Shown: positions 53,912 through 64,000 of the stretch, piece after piece
How the letters are laid out: the number at the start of each line of letters is the position of its first letter
How positions within the stretch are numbered: the stretch's first letter is position 1
Source of the DNA: Synechococcus sp.
GTDB taxonomy: Bacteria; Cyanobacteriota; Cyanobacteriia; PCC-6307; Cyanobiaceae
Direction of reading: 5' to 3'
DNA length: 64,000 nt
NCBI GenBank assembly: GCA_047284725.1
Contig: JBJBEO010000001.1
Coordinates: 2,424,203 to 2,488,202 of the forward strand
Notes under the pieces: generated by a model
Databases searched by the model: none
The model's input: the letters and a program-made list of their open reading frames with translations, nothing else
What the model was told of the DNA's origin: nothing
Program-made: the position numbers and the translations under genes

Positions 53912-54661
53912 TCAGACCCCTGACGTGGTTGACGAGGGAGACACCGATGCTCGCAGCTGCGAAATCAAACTGGAGAAACTGCGGTTCACGGGCGCTTCAC
54001 GCTCGTCTGGATTGACGATGCCAGCAGAAATGATCGTGCGGAATGCATCTTCAACGGAAATGTCCAACTCACGAACTGATGACTCTGGAACAAGTGTGTA
54101 CCAACCCGTTGTGGGGTTTGGTGCCGTGGGAATGAACACACTCAACAGGGGCTCTTGAAGATCGGCTTGCAAAGAAGGCCCCACCTCACCCGTGACAAAG
54201 CCAACGCTGAACAGACCCTCCCGCGGGTACTCGACCAAGACGACGCGACGAAAACGGGTGGTGTTGTCGCGCAGGAAGGTCTCCAACAGCTGCTTGAGGG
54301 TCTTGTAAACCGATCCGGCCAGAGGAATGCGCTGGAGCGTGCCCTCACCGAACTCCAGCAACCAGCGTCCAACAATGTTGCGGGCCATCAGCCCGATCAA
54401 AAGAATGCCCAGCAAGGGCACAGTCAATCCAAGCGCCAGGTTGATCAGATCCTGAAGAAGTGGATTGAGGGTGATGAACGGATTGAACTGCTTCGGGATC
54501 GACGTCAAAAACGCCAGAACAAACCGACTGACAATGGTCGCCAACCAGATGGTGGTAGCGAGGGGGATCACCACCAAGAGGCCGGCGATCAAGTCATTTT
54601 TGAGATCCTGCTGAAGTCTGGCGCCGAGCGGCAGATCAGGTCTGGGGTTGGACTGCACCAA
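53912..54661 (-). CDS. DUF502 membrane protein
   Basis: Two TM segments, RIPLAGSVY, VLVEYPR, PTAPNPTTG. Confidence 0.88.
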   Translation of the reverse strand: MVQSNPRPDLPLGARLQQDLKNDLIAGLLVVIPLATTIWLATIVSRFVLAFLTSIPKQFNPFITLNPLLQDLINLALGLTVPLLGILLIGLMARNIVGRWLLEFGEGTLQRIPLAGSVYKTLKQLLETFLRDNTTRFRRVVLVEYPREGLFSVGFVTGEVGPSLQADLQEPLLSVFIPTAPNPTTGWYTLVPESSVRELDISVEDAFRTIISAGIVNPDEREAPVNRSFSSLISQLRASVSPSSTTSGV

Positions 54662-54726
54662 GGAACGACCAGGGCTTGGAGCCTTCGTGATGAATCCAAC
54701 CTAACGAGCGGTCAGCAAACGACGCT

Positions 54727-55404
54727 CTACAGAACTGCCGCGAGGGCTAGAAGCACGAAGGCCACAGCCATCACCACAGCACTGAAGGTGCCCCCAAAAG
54801 TGCCTTTCAGGAGAGCCCGATCTCGTTGAATCTCCACCTCTGAAATTTGTTTCTCAGCAGCAGCTTCCATCTCAGGTAGTTGCTGCTTGAAAAGCTCCTG
54901 AGCGGCCTTGATTTTCTCTTCATCAGAGGCTCCAGCAACCAGCCGTCCAGCTTGAGCAAGTTGCTCACCCCATTGCAGAGCAAAAGCCTCATCCGTTGTT
55001 TGTTGGCGGGCTTCCTCAAGCTGCTTATTCACTTCAGCAATGGTCTCGTTGGCCTTGGTCTCAATGGCCTGATTACTGGCCACTGCCATTGGCACAACAG
55101 CGATCATGGCGACAGCCAGTAACGACGACAGGCCACAAACCACCCAACGGATCGGAGTCCGCGTCACTGTGGGTTGATCAAGACGGGAACCGATCAACAT
55201 CAACAAGAGACCCACCAGCCCCATCGGCGCCTGATCAACCAAACGGTCGATCAACACCTGCTGAAACGCGGAATCATTCCAGTCAGCTGCACCGAGAAAC
55301 ACCACCAACTGCAGCGCCAGCAGCACCACCAACGTGAGACCGAGCCAACGCAGCACAGGGGCCAAACGAAGCGATGACGATGAGCCCGAGGCTGACGAAG
55401 ACAC
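54727..55404 (-). CDS. HpsJ-family membrane protein
   Basis: Three N-terminal TM helices, coiled-coil loop, C-terminal TM; LVDQAPMGLVGL; start inferred. Confidence 0.7.
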   Translation of the reverse strand: MSSSASGSSSSLRLAPVLRWLGLTLVVLLALQLVVFLGAADWNDSAFQQVLIDRLVDQAPMGLVGLLLMLIGSRLDQPTVTRTPIRWVVCGLSSLLAVAMIAVVPMAVASNQAIETKANETIAEVNKQLEEARQQTTDEAFALQWGEQLAQAGRLVAGASDEEKIKAAQELFKQQLPEMEAAAEKQISEVEIQRDRALLKGTFGGTFSAVVMAVAFVLLALAAVL

Positions 55405-55420
55405 GGCAAACTGCCAAAAG

Positions 55421-56422
55421 ATGCCCAATTTTACGGTCAGTTCCGTGGAGCATCCAGAGGCTCAACAACAGCTCACCCAAGCGCTGAAACTGAAGGCGAA
55501 GGCCCAAGGATTCGACCCGGTGGGCGTCGCTCGGCTGCCCGGTAGCGCCAGGCTTCAGTGCCGCACAGCCGCGCTGGAACGCTGGCTGGAGGCAGGGCAT
55601 CAGGCGGAGATGCGCTGGATGGCCGCGCCCCGCCGCAAGGACGCGGCCCTACTGGTGGAGGGAGCCCGCAGCCTTCTGGCCGTTGGTCTGAATTACCACG
55701 TTGCCGTCACCCGACAGCCAAACCATTTAGCCATTGCCCGCTACGGCTGGGGCAGGGACTACCACCGAGTGGTGACGCAGCGCCTGAAACGACTTGGCCG
55801 CTGGCTCGAGGAACAGCGGCCCGGCAGCCACTGGCGCGCCTGCGTGGATGCTGACCCTTTGCTTGACAAGGCCTGGGCAGAGGAAGCTGGCCTGGGCTGG
55901 ATCGGCAAGCACAGCAACCTGATCCACCCGACGCGGGGCTCGTGGATGGTGATCGGTCATCTGATCACCACCGAAGAGCTCCAGCCAGACCCTCCCGCAG
56001 CAGCGCTGTGCGGACGCTGCACTCGCTGCATCGAAGCCTGCCCGACAGACGCGATTCGCGAACCATTCGTGGTGGATGCCCGTCGCTGCCTGGCCTTTCA
56101 CACGATCGAAAACAGGGAGGAGACCCTGCCACCTGCCATGGCAGCAGCCATGGGGCCTTGGGTCGCCGGTTGCGACATATGCCAGGACGTGTGTCCCTGG
56201 AATCAGGGACCTCTTCCCAGCAGTGACGATCCGGATCTGCAACCGCGGCCCTGGATGCTGGATTTGACTCCGGAGAAGGCCCTGGCCTGGGACGACGCCA
56301 CCTGGGCAGACAAATTGCGGGGATCGGCGCTTCGGCGGATCAAACCATGGATGTGGCGGCGGAATGCAGCAGCAGCAGACCCGAACAGTGCGCCTAGCCT
56401 GAGGCCAAAAGGATCGGAGTGA
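55421..56422 (+). CDS. queG: tRNA epoxyqueuosine reductase
   Basis: ARYGWGRDYH, AGLGWIGK, CGRCTRCIEACPT, GCDICQDVCPWN; start 55421 or 55445. Confidence 0.95.
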   Translation: MPNFTVSSVEHPEAQQQLTQALKLKAKAQGFDPVGVARLPGSARLQCRTAALERWLEAGHQAEMRWMAAPRRKDAALLVEGARSLLAVGLNYHVAVTRQPNHLAIARYGWGRDYHRVVTQRLKRLGRWLEEQRPGSHWRACVDADPLLDKAWAEEAGLGWIGKHSNLIHPTRGSWMVIGHLITTEELQPDPPAAALCGRCTRCIEACPTDAIREPFVVDARRCLAFHTIENREETLPPAMAAAMGPWVAGCDICQDVCPWNQGPLPSSDDPDLQPRPWMLDLTPEKALAWDDATWADKLRGSALRRIKPWMWRRNAAAADPNSAPSLRPKGSE

Positions 56423-57300
56423 TGGAGAGACGTCGGCGTTCGTGGTGCACTGCCCTTCTGCTGTCGATAGCAACCACCGTGATCACGGTGCCGGCCCAGG
56501 CGTTCGTGCCCAACGTGTATGTACCCAGTGCCAAGGAGCTGGAAGGATCAGCCATCGGCATCGGTCGCACTGCAGCCCAGCTGCTCAGCCTTGGACAACC
56601 CGAGGAAGCCGCACGCCTGGCGTCCCTGGCCGTGCGGCTCCAGCCCAATGACGAACGCCTTTGGGCCGTGCTGGCCGAGGCCCAGCTGCGCAGCCAACAA
56701 CTCAAACCAGCAGCCAACTCCTTGGCCCGGGCCAAAAAACTTGATCCCGACAACGCCGGGCTCTGGTTTGCGGAAGCCTCCCTGGCCTTGCGGGACAGGC
56801 GCCCCGCCGATGCAATCCCCCTGCTTGATCGCGGACTCCAGCTCGATCCGAAGAATGCCAGTGCCTACTTCGATCTCGGCAACGCCCGGGTGATGCAGAG
56901 CCAGTTCAAGGCCGCCCTTGGTGCCTTCGAAAAAGCCACGGCTCTCAAGCCCACGTTCTGGGAAGCGCTCAACAACCAGTGCATCGTGTTGTTCGAGATG
57001 GGCAACACCAATGAAGCGATTCAACGCTGGCAGAGGGTGCTGGCGATCGAACGCAATGCCGAGCCGATGCTCGCCCTTGCCTCAGCTCTCAACACGCGCA
57101 ACCCAGGCGATGAAGACGCGCTCAACCTGGCGCGCCAAGCGCTGAAAAAAGACCCGAACTACGTGTTGCCGAGCCATCAGAAAGATCAGCTCTGGGGAGT
57201 GAAATTGCGGCTGGCTACCCGCAAACTGCTCGGCAATCCCGCTCTGAGAGAAGCCGTCGATCGGGCGGAGGCCAATGCCGATCAAAGCACCACTCCATAA
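56422..57300 (+). CDS. Secreted TPR protein
   Basis: Signal peptide (PAQA) followed by several TPR repeats. Confidence 0.85.
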   Translation: MERRRRSWCTALLLSIATTVITVPAQAFVPNVYVPSAKELEGSAIGIGRTAAQLLSLGQPEEAARLASLAVRLQPNDERLWAVLAEAQLRSQQLKPAANSLARAKKLDPDNAGLWFAEASLALRDRRPADAIPLLDRGLQLDPKNASAYFDLGNARVMQSQFKAALGAFEKATALKPTFWEALNNQCIVLFEMGNTNEAIQRWQRVLAIERNAEPMLALASALNTRNPGDEDALNLARQALKKDPNYVLPSHQKDQLWGVKLRLATRKLLGNPALREAVDRAEANADQSTTP

Positions 57301-57371
57301 AGCAAGGGCTGGTCAAACCGAAAGAAATCTGTAGGCTGGCCCCCGTCTGCCCTCAGTAACTCCAGACGCGG

Positions 57372-59888
57372 ATGGCCGAGGAGCGCGTTCAACCGATCGC
57401 CCTGCATCAAGAGATGCAGCGCTCCTACCTCGAGTACGCGATGAGCGTGATCGTGGGACGAGCCCTTCCGGATGCCCGTGACGGCCTCAAACCCGTCCAG
57501 CGACGCATCCTTTATGCAATGCACGAACTGGGGCTGACCCCGGATCGTCCCTACAGAAAGTGCGCCCGTGTTGTGGGCGATGTTCTCGGCAAATATCACC
57601 CGCACGGCGACCAAGCCGTGTACGACGCTCTGGTGCGTCTTGTGCAGACCTTTTCGAGCCGCAACCCACTCCTCGACGGCCACGGCAACTTCGGCTCAGT
57701 CGACGATGATCCACCGGCAGCCATGCGTTACACCGAAACGCGTCTGGCACCGATCGCCCATCAGGGTCTGCTGGATGAAATCGGTGATGACACGGTCGAT
57801 TTCGCTCCCAATTTCGACGGCTCGCAGCAGGAACCGACGGTGCTGCCGGCACAACTGCCGTTTTTATTGCTGAATGGATGCACGGGCATCGCTGTGGGCA
57901 TGGCGACCAGCATTCCTCCCCACAACCTGGGGGAAGTGGTCGATGGTCTGATCGCTCTGGTACGCAAACCGGACCTCAGCGACGAAAAATTATTCAGCCT
58001 GATTCCAGGTCCCGATTTCCCAACCGGTGGCGAGGTTCTGCTGGGAACTGGAGTGCGCGACACCTATCTGCGCGGTCGCGGCAGCATTCCGATGCGGGGT
58101 GTCGCTCACATCGAAGAAATCCAACCAGGCAAAGGCCGCCACAAACGGGGTGCTGTGGTGATCACAGAACTTCCCTATCAGCTGAGCAAAGCGGGCTGGA
58201 TCGAAAAGCTGGCCGATCAAGTCAACGACGGCAAGATCGGCGGCATCGCCGATATCCGTGACGAAAGCGATCGCGAAGGCATGCGCGTGGTGGTGGAGCT
58301 GCGCCGGGATGCCGAACCTGAGAAGGTGCTGGCTGATCTCCAACGCCGCACATCCCTGCAGAGCAATTTCGGCGCCATTCTTCTGGCGCTGGTGGATGGT
58401 CAGCCCCAGCAGCTCTCCCTGCGGCAATTGCTGCAGACCTTCCTCGACTATCGGGAACTGACCCTGATTCGGCGCACCACCCATGCGTTGCGCAAGACCG
58501 AAGACCGGCTTGAGGTGGTGGAAGGTCTGATCAAAGCCCTGGATTCTCTCCAGCGCGTGATCACGATGATTCAGGAAGCCAGGGACGCTGCCTCAGCCCG
58601 AGCCAGTCTGATGGTGCACCTCGATCTGACCGAACGTCAGGCCGATGCAGTGCTGTCGATGCCGCTTCGCCGACTCACAGGCCTGGAGCAGGAAAGTCTG
58701 CGGTCTGAAGCCGATGACCTTCGCCGGGAACGGGAACGCCTTCAAATCCTGCTGCGGGAACGGGATCAGCTGCTCGACGCGATGGTGCACGAGCTGAAGC
58801 AACTGAAGAAGCGCTTCGCCACACCTCGCCGTACCCGCCTGATCGAGGGTGGCGACCACCTCCTTGCTGAAAAAGCAGCCAGCCAGCGCCCCAATGCCGA
58901 GCTGCAACGGCGTCAGGCCCTTGGAGCGTTGCCTGCTGAAGGTCGATTGCTGATTCAACGGGATGGTCAGGTGAAGGTGGTCAGTCCCCAGCTCCTGGGG
59001 CGTCTCCATCTCAACGAGGCTGTGGCCCTGGGGGATGAACCGTCGCCGGCACGCTTGATCCTGCCCATCAAACCAGCACCTCGCTTGCTGGCGGTCACCG
59101 CCTCCGGTCGGGTGGCCCTGGTGCGCTGGGAATTCGCAGGGCAACAACCGGGAAGCATCGAACGGTTTCTGCCATCGGCCCTGCAGGGGGATCCACTTGT
59201 GAGCCTGCTTCAGCTGCCGGAGAGCGATGACGCTCATGCCAACGGCCAACTCTCCCTTGGCCTGCTGAGCAGTGACGGCCGTTTCAAACGACTGCCCCTG
59301 CAGGACATGCAGGAGTTATCCGGGAGAGCCGCCACGATCGTCAAACTCAAAGACGGGGTTTCGCTGCTCAATGCCGTGATCTGTGAAGACAAAGGAACCG
59401 TCGCCCTGATCAGCGACATCGGCCGCGTTCTCTGTCTTCCCGTCAACGAAGCCGCTCTTCCACTGATGGGCAAACTCGCTCAGGGTCCGATGACGATGCG
59501 AGTCCTACCGGGAGAAACCCTGGTGGGAGCGATCAGCAACCCAGCCCACACTGGCGAGGATGGTGGAACAGGGAACGGCGACACCAACCGCGGCACCGTG
59601 CTGATCGGCAGCCGTAACGGTGCCCTCGTGAAGCTCGATCTGGCGAGCCTGAGGCTCTGCAGACGGGGCGATCTCGGAGACATGGCGCTCAACCTGGATG
59701 GCACCGGCAATGATCCCGATCGAGTGGTGACAGTCAGCGCAAGCGCTGAATTGGTGGGAGTGGTGAGCAGCAAAGGCCGCCATGGCCGGCTGCTGAGCAA
59801 CACCATCAGCAACGATCTCTCGCAACCAACCCAGGTGCCGCTCAAGGGTGATGAACACCTGAGCGAACTGATTCCTCTACTGAGCTGA
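57372..59888 (+). CDS. Type II topoisomerase subunit A (GyrA paralog / ParC-like)
   Basis: [27 protein letters not shown] catalytic Tyr; no canonical GyrA-box seen. Confidence 0.92.
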   Translation: MAEERVQPIALHQEMQRSYLEYAMSVIVGRALPDARDGLKPVQRRILYAMHELGLTPDRPYRKCARVVGDVLGKYHPHGDQAVYDALVRLVQTFSSRNPLLDGHGNFGSVDDDPPAAMRYTETRLAPIAHQGLLDEIGDDTVDFAPNFDGSQQEPTVLPAQLPFLLLNGCTGIAVGMATSIPPHNLGEVVDGLIALVRKPDLSDEKLFSLIPGPDFPTGGEVLLGTGVRDTYLRGRGSIPMRGVAHIEEIQPGKGRHKRGAVVITELPYQLSKAGWIEKLADQVNDGKIGGIADIRDESDREGMRVVVELRRDAEPEKVLADLQRRTSLQSNFGAILLALVDGQPQQLSLRQLLQTFLDYRELTLIRRTTHALRKTEDRLEVVEGLIKALDSLQRVITMIQEARDAASARASLMVHLDLTERQADAVLSMPLRRLTGLEQESLRSEADDLRRERERLQILLRERDQLLDAMVHELKQLKKRFATPRRTRLIEGGDHLLAEKAASQRPNAELQRRQALGALPAEGRLLIQRDGQVKVVSPQLLGRLHLNEAVALGDEPSPARLILPIKPAPRLLAVTASGRVALVRWEFAGQQPGSIERFLPSALQGDPLVSLLQLPESDDAHANGQLSLGLLSSDGRFKRLPLQDMQELSGRAATIVKLKDGVSLLNAVICEDKGTVALISDIGRVLCLPVNEAALPLMGKLAQGPMTMRVLPGETLVGAISNPAHTGEDGGTGNGDTNRGTVLIGSRNGALVKLDLASLRLCRRGDLGDMALNLDGTGNDPDRVVTVSASAELVGVVSSKGRHGRLLSNTISNDLSQPTQVPLKGDEHLSELIPLLS

Positions 59889-59892
59889 TGCC

Positions 59893-61398
59893 TCAGCGCT
59901 GACCGGCAGCGACGCCTGAAGGCTCCAACATCAATTTGCTCGACCGCAGGGATTCATCCATCGGAATCGGATAGGCACCGTCAAAACAAGCTGTGCAGAA
60001 CTGGTCGGAGCTGGCTTGCGCAGCTTCCACCATGCCCTCTTTGCTCAGGTAGGCGAGGGTATCGACCTTGAGATGCTCCTCGATTTGCTTCACCGTCAGT
60101 CGGGCCGCAATCAACTGATCCTGGGTGTCGGTATCAATGCCGTAGAAGCAGGGATGGGTCACCGGCGGTGAGCTGATGCGCATGTGCACCTCAGTGGCAC
60201 CGGCATCGCGAAGAGCCTGCACCAGCTTGCGACTGGTGGTGCCACGCACGATCGAGTCATCGATGACCACCACGCGCTTGCCCGCCAACACATCCGGCAG
60301 TGGATTGAGCTTCACGCGGATGCCCGCCTCACGCATGGCCTGGGTGGGCTGAATGAAGGTGCGGCCCACATAGCGGTTCTTGATCAAACCATCAGCGAAG
60401 GTGATGCCGCTGGCCTGGGAGAAACCGATGGCTGCAGGAATACCGGAATCCGGCACACCGATCACCAGATCCGCCTCAACGCCGGATTCACGAGCCAGGA
60501 TCTGGCCGATGCGCTGGCGATAACTGTAGAGAGATTCTCCAAAGAAGCGGCTGTCAGGACGCGCGAAATAAATCATTTCGAACACGCACATGCGTGTTGT
60601 GGGATCAGCCCACTGCTCCCGCTCCGGCTTGGTCTCTCCCAATCGAAAGGTAATCAGCTCACCCGGCTGCACATCCCCTTCAAAGGAAGCTCCGATGATG
60701 TCGAGGCCGCAGGTTTCACTGCTCACGACCCAGTAACCCTGATCGGCCTCACCGAAACGACCAAACACCAAAGGGCGAATCCCAAAGCTGTCCCGCAGGG
60801 CATAGAGCTCCGTGGTAGTGCCAATCACCAGACTGAAGGCTCCACGGCAGAGGGTGGCGGCTTCCTTGAGGGCCGGCTTCCAATCCAGACCACGGTTGAC
60901 CGCCTGCTGAATCGCAAAAGCGATCAGCTCCGAATCCGTTGTGGATGTGAACTCAGTGTGCCCATCATCGAGCGTTTCGCGCAACTCAGCCGCATTGACA
61001 AGATTGCCGTTGTGGGCGAAAGCAAAAGGCCCAAGGCGCGTCATCAGCACCACGGGCTGGGCGTTGCAGGCCTTGCTGCTCCCGGTGGTGGAGTATCGAT
61101 TGTGGCCAATGGCCAGGTAGCCCGGCATGCGCGCCAACACGTCCTGGTCGAACACCTGGCTCACCAGACCCATGTCTTTGTGCAGACGCACCTTGCCCTG
61201 GTTGAAGACGGCGATGCCTGCGGACTCCTGACCACGGTGCTGCAGCGAATACAGGCCGAAGTAGGTGAGATTGGCAACGGGCTGACCTTCAGCCAACACG
61301 GCATACACACCGCAGGCCTCTTCCATCCGATCAGGGCGCTCTGCAATGGGCTGCTGCACAGGGCGCCTCGACTTCAGACTTCCTTCATGATTGCGCAT
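59893..61398 (-). CDS. purF: Amidophosphoribosyltransferase
   Basis: EEAC|GV propeptide, LQHRGQES, GHNRYST, DDSIVRGTT, Fe-S cysteines. Confidence 0.97.
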   Translation of the reverse strand: MRNHEGSLKSRRPVQQPIAERPDRMEEACGVYAVLAEGQPVANLTYFGLYSLQHRGQESAGIAVFNQGKVRLHKDMGLVSQVFDQDVLARMPGYLAIGHNRYSTTGSSKACNAQPVVLMTRLGPFAFAHNGNLVNAAELRETLDDGHTEFTSTTDSELIAFAIQQAVNRGLDWKPALKEAATLCRGAFSLVIGTTTELYALRDSFGIRPLVFGRFGEADQGYWVVSSETCGLDIIGASFEGDVQPGELITFRLGETKPEREQWADPTTRMCVFEMIYFARPDSRFFGESLYSYRQRIGQILARESGVEADLVIGVPDSGIPAAIGFSQASGITFADGLIKNRYVGRTFIQPTQAMREAGIRVKLNPLPDVLAGKRVVVIDDSIVRGTTSRKLVQALRDAGATEVHMRISSPPVTHPCFYGIDTDTQDQLIAARLTVKQIEEHLKVDTLAYLSKEGMVEAAQASSDQFCTACFDGAYPIPMDESLRSSKLMLEPSGVAAGQR

Positions 61399-61415
61399 CG
61401 CGCTCCAGGGTCAGC

Positions 61416-63740
61416 TCACACCTCCTCAAGGCGTCGAGGCAACGCCTGCTCAAAGCTGGATGCCAGTGCATCGACGGCCACCGCCAAGCTGGTCTGACCG
61501 TCGATCACCACGTTGAGCTGGTGATGGTCAGCCACCGCGCCCAGGACTTGCACCGGCACTGCCGCTGAAGCCAACAGAGCCTCCCACTCAGCATGACGCT
61601 CAGCTTTCACCGACACGACGATGCGAGCGCCCCCTTCCGCGAACAGACGGCGCTCGACCCGTGCCGATGACGGCGGCAGGCTGATCTCAGCCCCCTGGCC
61701 GGACGCCAGACACGACTCCGCCAAGGCCACAGCCAGACCGCCATCGCTGCAGTCGTGGGCGGACGCCAACAGCCCCTGATCGATGGCCTGGCGCACCGTG
61801 GCTTGTACCCGGGCCTCAAGCGCCAGATCCACCCGTGGCGGCCGGCCGGTCAGGAGACCATGCAGAACCCCTTGATAGCTGCTGCCCGCCAGACCCACAC
61901 GATCGTCATCGGCCTGATCAGCGGACGCCCCCAGAAGCACAACAGCATCTCCGGCCTGGCGCCAAGCCAGACCGCACACGTTGTTGATGTCGGCCACCAT
62001 CCCCACCATGCCCACAACCGGCGTGGGGTGGATCGGCGTCAGGACACCGTCATCGCTTCGGGTCTCGTTGTAGAGAGAAACATTGCCTCCAGTCACAGGC
62101 GTGTTGAGGCCACGGCAAGCCTCAGAGAGACCACGGCAGGCAAGGGCGAGCTGCCAGTAACCGCGATCGGTCTCCGGGGATGCGAAATTGAGGTTGTCGG
62201 TGACCGCTAGAGGTTCAGCACCCACACAGCTGAGGTTGCGGGACGCTTCCGCCACAGCCGCCATCGCACCACGTTCCGGATCAAGGGCCACCCAACGGTT
62301 GGGGCAATCGACTGTTGCCGCCACCCCACGAACGGTGGACTGCAACGATGCAGTGCCTTGCTGGGAGCGCAACCGCACCACTGCAGCATCGGCGCCTCCG
62401 GCAGGAATCACAGTGTTAGCCAACACCTGCTGGTCGTACTGGCGATACACCCAACGCTTGCTGGCAATGGTGGGATCGTCGAGGAGCTTGAGAAGATCCT
62501 CACCCCAGTCATGGCCGGCGACAGCAGCAGGGAGATCGCTCTCCTGCCAGGTCCAGTGCTGCTGGATATCGGCAGGGGGTTCACTGATCAACGTGTGGTG
62601 ATTGATCGGGGTGTCTTCCGCCAGCGCCCGTGACGGCACTTCAGCTGCGACCTTGCCGTGCTGCAAGACCCGCACCACAGGCTCCTCAAGCACACGCCCA
62701 ACCACAGCGGCCTGCAGACCCCAGCGCCGGAACCGCTCCATCAAAGGCTCCTCACGACCTGCGCGCACAACAAACAGCATGCGCTCCTGGGATTCAGAGA
62801 GCAGGTACTCATACGCCGTCATGCCATGCTCGCGAGCTGGCACACGGTCAAGGTCGAGCTCGACGCCCACATCCCCCTTGGCAGCCATCTCAGAACAGCT
62901 GCAGGTGAGACCTGCAGCACCCATGTCTTGAGCAGCCACCACATCACCGCTCTGGAACGCCTCCAGACAGGCTTCGATCAATCCTTTCTCGAGGAAGGGA
63001 TCACCCACCTGCACCGCAGGTCGGTCATCCAGGGACGCAGCGCTGAGTTCAGCACTAGCAAAGCTGGCGCCACCCATGCCATCGCGGCCAGTGGTACTTC
63101 CCACATACACCACTGGATTGCCCACGCCCGAGGCACCGGATTTGACGATGTCATCCGTTTCCATCAGGCCAAGGGCCATGGCATTGACCAGGGGGTTGCC
63201 GCTGTAGGAGGCATCAAACGCCACCTCTCCGCCCACGGTGGGCACCCCAACGCAATTGCCGTAATGGGAGATGCCTGCCACCACACCCTCAACCAGTCCA
63301 CGGGTGGCAGGGTCCTCCAGGGGGCCGAAGCGAAGAGCATTGAGCAGGGCGATCGGACGGGCGCCCATGGTGAAGATGTCGCGCAGGATTCCTCCCACCC
63401 CCGTGGCCGCCCCCTGGAAGGGTTCCACAGCGGACGGATGGTTATGGCTCTCGATCTTGAACGCCAGGCGATGGCCTTCGCCCAGATCCACCACACCGGC
63501 ATTTTCACCGGGCCCGACAAGGATGCGCGGACCTTCGGTGGGAAATCCACTCAGCAACGGGCGTGAGTTGCGGTAGCAGCAATGCTCCGACCACATCACC
63601 CCAAACATGCCGAGCTCAGCTCGATTGGGATCGCGTCCCAGTCGACGCTGAATCTCCTTGTAGTCGTCGTCCGTCAGTCCCTCCTGGCGGAGAGCGTCGG
63701 CCACATCAAACGGCTGTGCCGATTCAAGGGACTGGGCCAC
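61416..63740 (-). CDS. purL: Phosphoribosylformylglycinamidine synthase subunit PurL
   Basis: [37 protein letters not shown]. Confidence 0.97.
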   Translation of the reverse strand: MAQSLESAQPFDVADALRQEGLTDDDYKEIQRRLGRDPNRAELGMFGVMWSEHCCYRNSRPLLSGFPTEGPRILVGPGENAGVVDLGEGHRLAFKIESHNHPSAVEPFQGAATGVGGILRDIFTMGARPIALLNALRFGPLEDPATRGLVEGVVAGISHYGNCVGVPTVGGEVAFDASYSGNPLVNAMALGLMETDDIVKSGASGVGNPVVYVGSTTGRDGMGGASFASAELSAASLDDRPAVQVGDPFLEKGLIEACLEAFQSGDVVAAQDMGAAGLTCSCSEMAAKGDVGVELDLDRVPAREHGMTAYEYLLSESQERMLFVVRAGREEPLMERFRRWGLQAAVVGRVLEEPVVRVLQHGKVAAEVPSRALAEDTPINHHTLISEPPADIQQHWTWQESDLPAAVAGHDWGEDLLKLLDDPTIASKRWVYRQYDQQVLANTVIPAGGADAAVVRLRSQQGTASLQSTVRGVAATVDCPNRWVALDPERGAMAAVAEASRNLSCVGAEPLAVTDNLNFASPETDRGYWQLALACRGLSEACRGLNTPVTGGNVSLYNETRSDDGVLTPIHPTPVVGMVGMVADINNVCGLAWRQAGDAVVLLGASADQADDDRVGLAGSSYQGVLHGLLTGRPPRVDLALEARVQATVRQAIDQGLLASAHDCSDGGLAVALAESCLASGQGAEISLPPSSARVERRLFAEGGARIVVSVKAERHAEWEALLASAAVPVQVLGAVADHHQLNVVIDGQTSLAVAVDALASSFEQALPRRLEEV

Positions 63741-63782
63741 GGAGAGCGAGAACAGCTTCTCCCAGTGTTGCCGACAGCGGTC

Positions 63783-64000
63783 TCAGACCCAGGGGTCGGG
63801 ATCGAAATCCTGCTGACCATCGAGATCACGCCTTGAAAACGTTTCACCACGGCTGGGGCGAGGCTCTGAACGCTCCAGCGGCTCTTGGTCCCATGCGGGC
63901 TCATCCCAGCCATCGAGAGGGTCATCCAAATCTTGAGGGTTTTGATCCAGGGGCTGCGTGTGGCGAGGCGGCTCATCCCAGTCGCGCTCAGGCTCCTGCC
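63783..64000 (-). CDS. C-terminal part of a hypothetical protein upstream of purL (5' end outside window)
   Basis: My translation: ...QEPERDWDEPPRH...DFDPDPWV*; acidic low-complexity tail, stop at 63783-63785. Confidence 0.65.
   Translation of the reverse strand, partial: QEPERDWDEPPRHTQPLDQNPQDLDDPLDGWDEPAWDQEPLERSEPRPSRGETFSRRDLDGQQDFDPDPWV

Noticed and set aside
15519..58274. HIP1 octamer GCGATCGC (at least 10 copies seen, e.g. 15519, 18383, 23542, 28932, 32844, 35527, 43922, 46537, 49993, 58267)
   Set aside because: About one per 6 kb and all within CDS; far sparser than in HIP1-rich cyanobacteria and explicable by codon context; a Markov-corrected count would settle it

Overview
About 60% GC window from a marine/brackish picocyanobacterium (Synechococcus-like), almost entirely core genome. 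In order: dapA-asd, tig-clpP-clpX-LRAT-dnaX, mgdA-like GT2, SpoIID, rpmI-rplT-ycf37, thiG, psb34-like, sqdB-sqdX, mrdA, guaA, cbiD, class V aminotransferase, tRNA-Gly(CCC), a cluster of small hypothetical genes, an SNF2 helicase/HNH pair, pdxA, accB-efp, cyclophilin-thiL, gap2, murC-murB-ybaB, rsgA-tusA-dnaJ-grpE, pilB-pilT-pilC, msrB, dusA, rbp, argH, PP2C, ftsY-nusB, hpsJ, queG, TPR, a GyrA/ParC-type subunit, purF-purL. This order matches my recollection of the conserved block next to dnaN in these genomes. I saw no CRISPR array, integrase, transposase or prophage. The most interesting candidate is a roughly 2.5 kb possible DNA-damage module at 26115-28555. It comprises a HARP-like+SNF2 (SMARCAL1-like) ATPase divergent from an HNH nuclease (a split ZRANB3-like arrangement), next to a 67-aa membrane protein preceded by a near-consensus cyanobacterial LexA box. 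All calls come from reading motifs by eye; no searches were run, and novelty is unverified.
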